Of a stretch of 55,342 nt of DNA, positions 47,391 through 55,342 are shown piece by piece. The stretch spans positions 1 to 55,342 of the forward strand of contig CANQIK010000004.1 in NCBI GenBank assembly GCA_947624085.1. Reading direction: 5' to 3'. A model generated the notes under the pieces. It was not told where the DNA came from and did no database searches. It saw only the letters and a list, made by a program, of their open reading frames with translations. The number at the start of each line of letters is the position of its first letter. Positions within the stretch are counted from its first letter, which is position 1. Origin of the DNA: an uncultured Bacilli bacterium. GTDB lineage: Bacteria; Bacillota_I; Bacilli_A; RF39; UBA660. The position numbers were made by a program, and so were the translations under genes.

Positions 47391-48332
47391 ATGAAAAATG
47401 AAATTATATTATTTGAAAATCAAAGTGTGAAATTAGAGGTAAACATGAAAGATGACACTGTATGGCTTTCATTAGACCAAATGAGTGAATTATTTGCTAG
47501 AGACAAGTCAGTTATTTCAAGGCATATTAAAAATGCTTTAAAGGAAGAGTTGGACAACTCAACTGTTGCAAAATTTGCAACAGTTCAAAATGAGGGCACC
47601 AGGAATGTTACAAGAGATATCGAGTTTTATAATCTTGATATGATTATTAGTATCGGATATCGAGTAAAAAGCCAAAATGGGATTATTTTCCGTAAATGGG
47701 CTAATAAAATTCTTAAAGATTATATGTTAAAAGGCTATGCTATTAATCAAAAAAGATTAGATTATTTAGAGAAAACAGTTAAACTTCTTGATATAGCTAA
47801 TCGAGGAAGTGAAAGAATAACTGGCGACGAAGCCAAAGAAATATTAACCGTTATTAATGAATATTCTAAAGCTCTTGACTTACTTGATGATTATGATCAT
47901 CGCACAATAAAGAAAATTAAAGGCCAAAAAAGTGAAAAAATTATAACTTATGAAGAGTGTCTTGGTATTATTAATAAATTACGCTTTAATAACGAAAGTA
48001 AGTTGTTTGCCTTAGAAAGAGATAATAATTTTGCCTCTATTATAAATGATATTTATCAATCTTTTGGCGGAAATGATGTATATCCTAGTATTGAAGAAAA
48101 AGCTGCCAATCTACTTTATTTGACAGTTAAAAACCATGCCTTTATTGATGGCAACAAAAGAATTGCTGCAACAATATTCATCTATTTTATGCAAGTAAAT
48201 GGTATTCTTTATAAAGATGGTAATATGGTAATAGATAATAATGCTCTTGCTTCTATAACTTTGTTAATCGCCGAGTCGAATCCAAAAGAAAAAGAAATCA
48301 TGATTGATTTAATAATGAATTTTTTAAAATAA
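47391..48332 (+). CDS. RhuM-family / Fic-Doc fusion protein
   Basis: TVWLS..QM.ELF, YNLDMIISIGYRVKS, FRKWA (RhuM); YPSIEEKAANLLY..KNHAFIDGNKR (Fic/Doc). Confidence 0.9.
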   Translation: MKNEIILFENQSVKLEVNMKDDTVWLSLDQMSELFARDKSVISRHIKNALKEELDNSTVAKFATVQNEGTRNVTRDIEFYNLDMIISIGYRVKSQNGIIFRKWANKILKDYMLKGYAINQKRLDYLEKTVKLLDIANRGSERITGDEAKEILTVINEYSKALDLLDDYDHRTIKKIKGQKSEKIITYEECLGIINKLRFNNESKLFALERDNNFASIINDIYQSFGGNDVYPSIEEKAANLLYLTVKNHAFIDGNKRIAATIFIYFMQVNGILYKDGNMVIDNNALASITLLIAESNPKEKEIMIDLIMNFLK

Positions 48333-48344
48333 TTTAATATAACG

Positions 48345-48369
48345 AAAAAAGCCCTTATACTGGGCTTTT
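48345..48369. terminator. Bidirectional terminator between rhuM-fic and the tRNA operon
   Basis: AAAAAAGCCC-ttatact-GGGCTTTT. Confidence 0.75.
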
Positions 48370-48380
48370 CCAATTTTCAA

Positions 48381-48456
48381 TGGTGTCCTGTTGGAGATTC
48401 GAACTCCAGACCCTTTGATTAAAAGTCAAATGCTCTACCGACTGAGCTAACAGGAC
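48381..48456 (-). tRNA. tRNA-Lys(TTT)
   Basis: Acceptor GTCCTGT/ACAGGAC, anticodon arm TTTGA-ctTTTaa-TCAAA, CCA. Confidence 0.97.
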
Positions 48457-48467
48457 ATATATATAGA

Positions 48468-48543
48468 TGGCTGCCTCGGATGGATTCGAACCATCGAAAT
48501 GTCAGAGTCAAAGTCTGATGCCTTACCACTTGGCTACGAGGCA
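48468..48543 (-). tRNA. tRNA-Gln(TTG)
   Basis: Acceptor TGCCTCG/CGAGGCA, anticodon arm TCAGA-ctTTGac-TCTGA, CCA. Confidence 0.97.
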
Positions 48544-48550
48544 ATATAGA

Positions 48551-48634
48551 TGGTGGAAGGATATGGATTTGAACCATAGAACCCGAAGGAACAGATTTAC
48601 AGTCTGCCGCGTTTGACCACTTCGCTACCCTTCC
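48551..48634 (-). tRNA. tRNA-Tyr(GTA)
   Basis: GGAAGGG acceptor, GCAGA-ctGTAaa-TCTGT, long variable arm, CCA. Confidence 0.97.
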
Positions 48635-48734
48635 AAAATGCACTAAAAAGTACGCAAACTTTCAGTACGCTTATAATCTTACCATAAAAAGTTGCTTTTG
48701 TGAACACTTTTTTTGCTTTTTTACTCAACTTTTT

Positions 48735-49940
48735 TTAGTCTTTAAAATATTTTATTATAAATGAGGTACCTTTATTCTTTTTTGAGGACACTTCAATAAT
48801 TCCTCCATCTTTTTCTACAATAATATTAGCAAGCGAAAGCCCTATTCCGACACTATCTTCACTTGCCCCTTGGCCTTTATAAAATCTTTTAAAGATATTT
48901 TGGATATCTATATCATCCATACCTTTACCAAAATCCTGAATAGATACTTTAGTATAAATATTATTTTTTTCAATATTTATAATTATTTTTTCATCCTTAT
49001 TGGAATATTCTACAGCATTTTTCAAAATATTAGTAATAGCTTCGGTTTCCCAAAATTCATCAACATTAATTATTGCTTCAACATCACCTTTAATTTTAAT
49101 ATTAACATTTTTCAAATCACAAATAGCCTCTAACTTATCAACAGCCTTTTGGACAATTTTACCTACTGTCACCTTTTGTTTATCAAAAACAATCGTATTA
49201 GCTTCAAAACGCGATAATTTTAATATTGATTGAACTAAGTTATTTATATTATTAATTTCTTTTTTTATTTGTTTTAAAAACTTAATCCGTAATTGTTCAT
49301 CAGTATCATCCTCAAGAAGGTTATCAATTGTTATCATAATTGATGTCAAAGGAGTTTTAAGCTGATGGGATATATCTTGAATAGCATTTTTTACGCTCTT
49401 TTTATCATTTAAAGAATTTTCAGCTTCTTCTTTAAGCATAATAGTCGTTTTATATATTTCTTCTTTTAAAATAGATAATTTATCTTCGGAAAGATTATCA
49501 ATATCTAAACTATAATTTTTCTTATTTATATTCTCTATACATTTAATTATTTTATTTATTTCTTTATCTTGTTTTAAATTATATTTAATAAATAAATATA
49601 AAATAATAGTTACTAAAACTAACACAATAATACTTTCTAAAACTAAAAAGTAGATATAAGCTTTATCATTAGCTTTAACTAAATTATCTTCTTTTAAATC
49701 ATAACCGTAATTACTTAATGTATTATAACTATCTTTTTCTATAATATTAATTATTTCTTTTTCATCAAAATCAGGATTATCTTTTTTAATAAGTAAAATT
49801 ATATCATTTATTTTATTATTAAAATTTTCTTTATATTGATTATACTCTACCGTTTTAATAATTAAGAAGATAAAACTAAATATAAAAAATACTAATATAG
49901 TAATTATAAAGTAATTTTTAAAATTTTCATTATTCTTCAT
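48735..49940 (-). CDS. Sensor histidine kinase
   Basis: Two TM helices, DISHQLKTPLTS H-box, NILKNA.EY, QDFGKG, IFKRFY, GIGLS. Confidence 0.95.
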   Translation of the reverse strand: MKNNENFKNYFIITILVFFIFSFIFLIIKTVEYNQYKENFNNKINDIILLIKKDNPDFDEKEIINIIEKDSYNTLSNYGYDLKEDNLVKANDKAYIYFLVLESIIVLVLVTIILYLFIKYNLKQDKEINKIIKCIENINKKNYSLDIDNLSEDKLSILKEEIYKTTIMLKEEAENSLNDKKSVKNAIQDISHQLKTPLTSIMITIDNLLEDDTDEQLRIKFLKQIKKEINNINNLVQSILKLSRFEANTIVFDKQKVTVGKIVQKAVDKLEAICDLKNVNIKIKGDVEAIINVDEFWETEAITNILKNAVEYSNKDEKIIINIEKNNIYTKVSIQDFGKGMDDIDIQNIFKRFYKGQGASEDSVGIGLSLANIIVEKDGGIIEVSSKKNKGTSFIIKYFKD

Positions 49941-50580
49941 CTATCCTATACCCCACGCCTTTAATTGTTATAATAATATCACTACCTAGCTTTTCTCTTA
50001 TCCTTTTTAAATAAACCGTTATAGTATGATCATCAACATCATTCCCAGTCCACTCCCAAATTTTATCTAAAATAGTTTCTCTTTTAACAACTTTATTAAC
50101 ATTCAAAAATAATAATTCTATAATTTGCCGTTCAATGCTTGATAAGTTTATTTCTTTATCTTTTTTATAAAGAGCCATTTTATCTAAATCAAAAGTTATA
50201 TCTTTAGCTTTTATAATTTTGGTCTTTCTTTTTCGCATAATAATATTATTTACTCTTGCTAATAATTCTTTAGAGGAAAAAGGTTTAGTTACATAGTCTT
50301 CAGCGCCAAGGCTTAAACCTTTAACAATATTTTCTTCATCATCTAAAGCGGTTAAAAATACAGCTGGAATTTTCAGATCTTTAATTTTATCTTCATATAA
50401 GGCAAAACCATTGCCATCAGGTAAAGAGACATCTAAAATAATAACATCATAATTATCATTTAATTTAGTTAAAGCTTTTTGATAAGTATCTACTATATCT
50501 ACTATAAAATTATTTTTATTAAAGAAATAACTTATACCCTCCGCTATTTGATCATTATCCTCTATTAATAATATTTTCAT
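49930..50580 (-). CDS. OmpR-family response regulator
   Basis: ILLIEDN, ILDVSLPDGNG, DYVTKPF, winged helix TIKGVGYRI. Confidence 0.95.
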   Translation of the reverse strand: MKILLIEDNDQIAEGISYFFNKNNFIVDIVDTYQKALTKLNDNYDVIILDVSLPDGNGFALYEDKIKDLKIPAVFLTALDDEENIVKGLSLGAEDYVTKPFSSKELLARVNNIIMRKRKTKIIKAKDITFDLDKMALYKKDKEINLSSIERQIIELLFLNVNKVVKRETILDKIWEWTGNDVDDHTITVYLKRIREKLGSDIIITIKGVGYRIDEE

Positions 50581-50639
50581 ATTTACACCATGCCTTTTAT
50601 TATAACCTACATTTTAAAAAAAGGAAAATAAATCCCTTT

Positions 50640-53099
50640 TTAAACAGTTTCTTTTCTTATTGTTTCAATGGTATTTTGTTTATTTATTTTCTTAATAGAG
50701 TATTTCATAATAACATAAACAATTACAAAGACAAAGATAATAGATATTAAAATAGCTTTATAAGGTATGCTAAAAGTTATCTCCATATTTTTACTAAATG
50801 CTCTATATATAAAATAACTAGCAAGTAATCCAAGAACTGTGCCATAAATTAAAGATTTAGCGCAGTAAAAGATTGTTTCTAAAGTAATCATTCGATTAAA
50901 TTCCTTTTTCGTCATTCCTATACTTTTTAACATGGCAAATTCTCTTGATCTTAATTCCATATTCGAAGTTATTGTATTAAAGATATTAGTAACGCCTATT
51001 AAGGTTATAAGAGTTATAAAGCCATATAAGAAAATACTTATAACAATAATAAGATTTCTTTGCGTTCTAACACTTTCTTCATAATTATATAGTTCTATTT
51101 TTTTATCATATTTTTGGATATTTTCCACTGTTTTATCAGGATTACTTGAAACTACATAAACATCACTTAATAAAACTGTTGAGTCAAAATAATCTTTGTT
51201 AAAAATAACAGTTGGATTACTAATCGTTTCATAGCCATAAACTGGTTTAGTACATAAAGCGCCAATTACATATTCATGCGTTGTTTCTTTCATTTCATCA
51301 AAAAGCGGTATTTTATCATTTGCTTGATATTTAAATGTTCGGTTATCCTCGCTTTCGGCATAAGAATTCACATCATAAAGTAAAGCTTTATCTTTTACTT
51401 CATCATACTTTAAATTATTTTTTGAAACATAATCTTTAAAAGTTTCATCATTTAGTATTACGGTATTAAGATATATACTATACTCACAATCTTCTTCCTC
51501 TTCACCATCACATGAGTTTGAATAACTCGAAACATTTTTAAAATTGATATTATCTAAATCTTTACTTACAAAATATTCATCTTGAAGACTATATGTAACA
51601 TACATTTTCTCAACTTCTTTAAAGCCCTTTACAACTTTTAAAGTATCTTCAGTTATACTATGAATATTAGTATTATAAAGGATAATATCATACCCATAAT
51701 CGGTATACATATTATCGGTCATATTAAAGCCTTCCCCGACAAAATAAGAAAGAGCAATAAATACAAAGATACTAACAGTTAAAGATATAACCGTTGTTCG
51801 ATATTTCTTTTTACTTCGTTTGAGGTTTTTAACCGCTAAGACGCCTCCAGTTTTAAAAACTTTCTCAATTATTTTTGGTGTTTTTAATTTACTAGCTTTA
51901 ATTTTAATATCATTTGTAAGTTTTAAGTTTTCTATTGGGCTTACTTTACTAGCTTTTCTTGCCGATGATAAAGATGATAAAAAGATGGTTAAAAAAGCTA
52001 AAAGAGAGGCTATGATACAGGCTATTATCGAAGGAGTAAATATTATGTTCGTGCCCGCGGATGTAAAGACATCTTTTAATAAAAAGTTGACTACTTTAAA
52101 GAGAATAAAATCGCCCAAAAGGCCACTTATAACCCCAAGCGGAATTCCAATACTTCCTAAAACTAATCCCTCATAAATAACACTTTTTTTAATTTGTTTT
52201 TTGGTAGCGCCCACACTAGAAAGCATACCAAACATTTGCATTTTCTCGGTTGTTGATATAGCAAAAGAATTTCTTATACAGAAAATACTAGCAATCATGA
52301 TAATAACAATAATAATGCCTGCAATTGTCAAAAGCATATTAGTCGTTTCTGATGAAAAACTAAAAACCTCTAAATGAAGTAAATAAGTATTTAAATAACT
52401 TGTATATTTAGGTTCTTCCGCTCCATCGTAATAATTCTTCCAATTATCTATTTCTAAAAGCTGAGAAATACTCTTTTTATAAGTGCTTGGCTTAGCTAAA
52501 GTCATATAAACATCGATATCATTAGACTTTTCATCTGTAGTAAAACCATTAAAGTTATAAGTATCTAAAGAGCCAACAACTGTATAATTTTTCGTATTTT
52601 TATCGGTTATTTCCCAGTTATCATCATAGTTACCAATGTCAAAAGAAACTTTATCGCCTATTTTTAAATCATAATACTTCATAACGATTCGAGAAAGAAT
52701 TATTTCTTCATTATTATTAGGGTATCTTCCTTCATAGATATTATATTTTAAATCGATTAAATTTTGTTTGGAAGCCGAGTCTATTTCAATTAGCGAAGCA
52801 CTTTCATCATCCTCTTGTTTCAAATCAGCATACCCTAGTATATATATCGGTCTTATTTTACTAAAGTTTTTATTATCTTTAACATTTTGAAAATCATCTG
52901 CCGTTATATCTTGAAGTACTAAATGATAATACCCATCATTTTGAATAGTTGTAGTTATAAGGGTTTTGCGAAAACTTGTTACCATTGTCGCAACAGCACA
53001 TATCATCGCTGTAGATAAAATAATACCAATAATTGTACCAATCGTTCTTTTTTTATTAAGCTTTAAATTTTTATTAGTTAACTTTTTTAGGATATTCAT
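50640..53099 (-). CDS. ABC transporter permease (FtsX/MacB family, antimicrobial-peptide-type exporter)
   Basis: Two FtsX-like halves (FGMLSSVGAT, EFAMLKSIGMT) with large extracellular loops. Confidence 0.92.
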   Translation of the reverse strand: MNILKKLTNKNLKLNKKRTIGTIIGIILSTAMICAVATMVTSFRKTLITTTIQNDGYYHLVLQDITADDFQNVKDNKNFSKIRPIYILGYADLKQEDDESASLIEIDSASKQNLIDLKYNIYEGRYPNNNEEIILSRIVMKYYDLKIGDKVSFDIGNYDDNWEITDKNTKNYTVVGSLDTYNFNGFTTDEKSNDIDVYMTLAKPSTYKKSISQLLEIDNWKNYYDGAEEPKYTSYLNTYLLHLEVFSFSSETTNMLLTIAGIIIVIIMIASIFCIRNSFAISTTEKMQMFGMLSSVGATKKQIKKSVIYEGLVLGSIGIPLGVISGLLGDFILFKVVNFLLKDVFTSAGTNIIFTPSIIACIIASLLAFLTIFLSSLSSARKASKVSPIENLKLTNDIKIKASKLKTPKIIEKVFKTGGVLAVKNLKRSKKKYRTTVISLTVSIFVFIALSYFVGEGFNMTDNMYTDYGYDIILYNTNIHSITEDTLKVVKGFKEVEKMYVTYSLQDEYFVSKDLDNINFKNVSSYSNSCDGEEEEDCEYSIYLNTVILNDETFKDYVSKNNLKYDEVKDKALLYDVNSYAESEDNRTFKYQANDKIPLFDEMKETTHEYVIGALCTKPVYGYETISNPTVIFNKDYFDSTVLLSDVYVVSSNPDKTVENIQKYDKKIELYNYEESVRTQRNLIIVISIFLYGFITLITLIGVTNIFNTITSNMELRSREFAMLKSIGMTKKEFNRMITLETIFYCAKSLIYGTVLGLLASYFIYRAFSKNMEITFSIPYKAILISIIFVFVIVYVIMKYSIKKINKQNTIETIRKETV

Positions 53100-53100
53100 C

Positions 53101-53772
53101 TTAATCCTCGCTTACTATCTTGCCATCTTCAAGTTTAATAATCCGATCAGCGCATTTTGCTATTTCCATATTATGGGTAATCATAATAATAGTTTCTTTA
53201 TATTCTTTATTGGCTTTCTTTAATAAATCAACTATTTCATCACTGGCGTTACTATCAAGATTTCCCGTAGGTTCATCGGCAAGAATAATTGTAGGATTAG
53301 TAATAAGAGCTCTACCAATAGAAGTTCTTTGTTGTTGGCCACCAGAAAGTTCATTAGGAAGATGTTTTCTTCTGTTCTCAAGGCCTAACAATTTCAAAAG
53401 AGTTTCTAAATGCTCTGTATCAACCTTTCGATTATCAAGATTAAGAGGAAGAGTTATATTTTCTTCAACATTTAAAATAGGGATTAAATTATAAAATTGA
53501 TATATAAGCCCTACTTGTCTTCTTCTAAAAATAGCTAATTTATCATCATCAAAAGAATAGATATCTTTCCCATCAATATAAACTTTTCCTGATGTTGGTT
53601 TATCAACTCCTCCTATCAAATGAAGAAGTGTTGATTTACCTGAACCAGAAGCTCCTACTATGGCGACAAACTCGCCTTTTTCAATGCTAAATGATATATT
53701 ATCAAGAGCCACAACCTTAGTTGTTCCCTTACCATATACCTTAGTTAAATTTTCAACTTTTAAAATTTCCAT
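53101..53772 (-). CDS. ABC transporter ATP-binding protein (LolD/MacB type)
   Basis: GASGSGKST, LSGGQQQR, ILADEPTGNLD. Confidence 0.96.
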   Translation of the reverse strand: MEILKVENLTKVYGKGTTKVVALDNISFSIEKGEFVAIVGASGSGKSTLLHLIGGVDKPTSGKVYIDGKDIYSFDDDKLAIFRRRQVGLIYQFYNLIPILNVEENITLPLNLDNRKVDTEHLETLLKLLGLENRRKHLPNELSGGQQQRTSIGRALITNPTIILADEPTGNLDSNASDEIVDLLKKANKEYKETIIMITHNMEIAKCADRIIKLEDGKIVSED

Positions 53773-53795
53773 ATTTCGCTCCTTTTTATATACTA

Positions 53796-53829
53796 ATTAT
53801 ATTACAGTAAAGTTACAAGCAAGTTACAA
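53796..53829 (-). promoter_or_regulatory. Triple direct repeat TGTAAY with 11-bp period plus -10 TATAAT (response-regulator site)
   Basis: Minus strand TGTAAC-ttgct-TGTAAC-tttac-TGTAAT overlapping TATAAT; no canonical -35. Confidence 0.7.
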
Positions 53830-53832
53830 AAT

Positions 53833-53857
53833 AAAAACCTTAACATTTCATGTTAAG
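53833..53857 (-). terminator. Intrinsic terminator of the hydrolase gene
   Basis: CTTAACAT-gaa-ATGTTAAG followed by GTTTTT. Confidence 0.7.
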
Positions 53858-53864
53858 ATTTTCG

Positions 53865-55211
53865 TTAAAGCTTTATAACATCACTTATGTTATCGACTAT
53901 TTTTTTGGCAGTGTCTTGAATCATTTCTTCTTCAAATAAACATTCATATTCGAGTTTGTATTTATCACTTTCTTCTTGATGACAGCCAAAGCGATTGCCA
54001 TTATCCATGAAAGATTCCCAGCTAGCAGGAACGCTAGTACCTAATCCGCGAAAGCTTAAACAATCAATACTTGTTTGGCGAGAATAAAACATATCAATTG
54101 CTCCTTGATAACCAGGAGAATCTATTCTTCCTTTATTTTTTAAATAAGGTTTACTGCCAGAGAAAACACTAAATTGAGATGGAGCCAAAAACTGCGTATA
54201 TAATCCTTCACCAAAGCTATTAACAAAAGCTACACTATGGTAACGATTATAGCCTACACTAGCAACTCTATAGCCTTCATCATAATAGTCACCACCTTCT
54301 GCAACTATCCCGGCACAAATATCATCTAATTGATCGTAAGTAAGATTATCACGAACCATAATTATCAGCATTTTTTCATAATAAGTTCTATCTTCATTTT
54401 CATAAAGATAATCTAGGGCTTCATCAGAACTTGAAAATTTAACTTCTGGAACTATTCCCTCACACATACTTACTAATAATTTATCAAGCATATCTTTAGT
54501 TAAATAATCTCTTTGTCTAACTGTTAAACATTTTTCTTCGTATGTTATATTCGGTTCTGTTTTTACTAACATAGTAGGATAAAAAGCTAGAAAATTTTTA
54601 AATGATTCACTGGAAACTGGAATATTCTTTATTATATTGTCATCCACAAGATTTTGATATAAACTTGAAAATTCTTCTTCAGACAATAATGACTCAAAAA
54701 TACAAGTATGTTCTGCTAAAGTAATTGGTTTTGAAGCTGTTTTGGTAATAGTAGCTCTTGTATCTTTTAAACTATTAGAATCAGTTAAAAGGCAAGCCAA
54801 AGAAACAGAGCCTAAAACTATAGCACCAGACAACATTAAAGCTAAAGATGAATTTTTCTTAAAAATATTGTCTCTTTTCTTTTTCTTAGTCGCATTTCTT
54901 TCTTCAGGAACTAATTTATCTTCAGGAATTTTAGTAATAATGCTCTTTTTTAAATTTCCTAATAACTTATTATTTATAATCATAGGAAACTTACGCAAAA
55001 TAAGAGTAACACCATTGCCAAACAAATATAAATTAGTTCCTTTTATAACCACGCCATAATCATCTTGAATAAATGAAGTTATAATATAATGGAACATTTT
55101 ATTATCATTAATAAAAGAGATTTTTCCTTCATTATCAATTTTTTCGCAAACTAAATTTGATGAAGTTTTACCTTCCATCGGATATAATATAAATTTCATA
55201 ATTTCCCCCAT
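53865..55211 (-). CDS. Membrane-anchored protein with a C-terminal SleB/CwlJ-like cell wall hydrolase domain (Hydrolase_2)
   Basis: Internal basic stretch plus TM; C-terminal ICAGIVAEGG...VASVGYNR...APSQFS matches the I.AE..VA.V..NR..QFS pattern. Confidence 0.65.
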   Translation of the reverse strand: MGEIMKFILYPMEGKTSSNLVCEKIDNEGKISFINDNKMFHYIITSFIQDDYGVVIKGTNLYLFGNGVTLILRKFPMIINNKLLGNLKKSIITKIPEDKLVPEERNATKKKKRDNIFKKNSSLALMLSGAIVLGSVSLACLLTDSNSLKDTRATITKTASKPITLAEHTCIFESLLSEEEFSSLYQNLVDDNIIKNIPVSSESFKNFLAFYPTMLVKTEPNITYEEKCLTVRQRDYLTKDMLDKLLVSMCEGIVPEVKFSSSDEALDYLYENEDRTYYEKMLIIMVRDNLTYDQLDDICAGIVAEGGDYYDEGYRVASVGYNRYHSVAFVNSFGEGLYTQFLAPSQFSVFSGSKPYLKNKGRIDSPGYQGAIDMFYSRQTSIDCLSFRGLGTSVPASWESFMDNGNRFGCHQEESDKYKLEYECLFEEEMIQDTAKKIVDNISDVIKL

Positions 55212-55342
55212 TGCTGGGGATATTTTAGCACAGAGTCTAATTCATGTCAAGGGAAAGTAAACAGGTGTTATTTAAAATTGAAAGTGCCCATAAATACTTG
55301 TCATGGGAAACAAGTCATTAAATTATATGACTACAAATTTTT

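Noticed and set aside
48419..48643. 74-aa minus-strand ORF
   Set aside because: Lies entirely over the tRNA-Tyr, tRNA-Gln and tRNA-Lys genes; spurious
55250..55342. Two short inverted repeats at the window end (CCCAT/ATGGG, AGTCAT/ATGACT)
   Set aside because: Arms are only 5-6 bp and the context is truncated; not distinguishable from chance

Overview
AT-rich chromosomal window from a low-GC Bacillota (class Bacilli) bacterium using genetic code 11 (TGA serves as a stop). Bacillus-type synteny (ezrA-iscS-thiI-ackA; lexA-tkt-sirA-yneF; fmt-rlmN-prpC-prkC-rsgA-rpe; hrcA-grpE-dnaK-dnaJ), compact intergenic spaces and many orphan genes suggest a genome-reduced, RF39-like uncultured gut lineage (inference). 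The window holds about 55 CDS and five tRNAs (Arg-ACG, Pro-TGG, Tyr-GTA, Gln-TTG, Lys-TTT). It also has a scattered endospore programme: intact pro-sigK, cotE, two tiny YjcZ/SscA-like peptides missed by the ORF track, sirA with a perfect Spo0A box, a YloB-like Ca-ATPase with a sigmaE-like promoter, and a SleB/CwlJ-like hydrolase. The best candidates for undescribed systems are: (1) a tightly coupled, probably leaderless operon encoding a glucosylglycerate-synthase-like glycosyltransferase, an archaeal-type SAM synthetase, an HPr-kinase-like P-loop kinase and a Nudix hydrolase; (2) a lambda-like switch of three 17-bp palindromic operators between a small XRE regulator and a divergent surface-protein gene; (3) a tandem triplet of mosaic pentapeptide-repeat paralogs. 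I saw no CRISPR array, rRNA, integrase or transposase. All family assignments come from motif recognition by eye, not from database searches.
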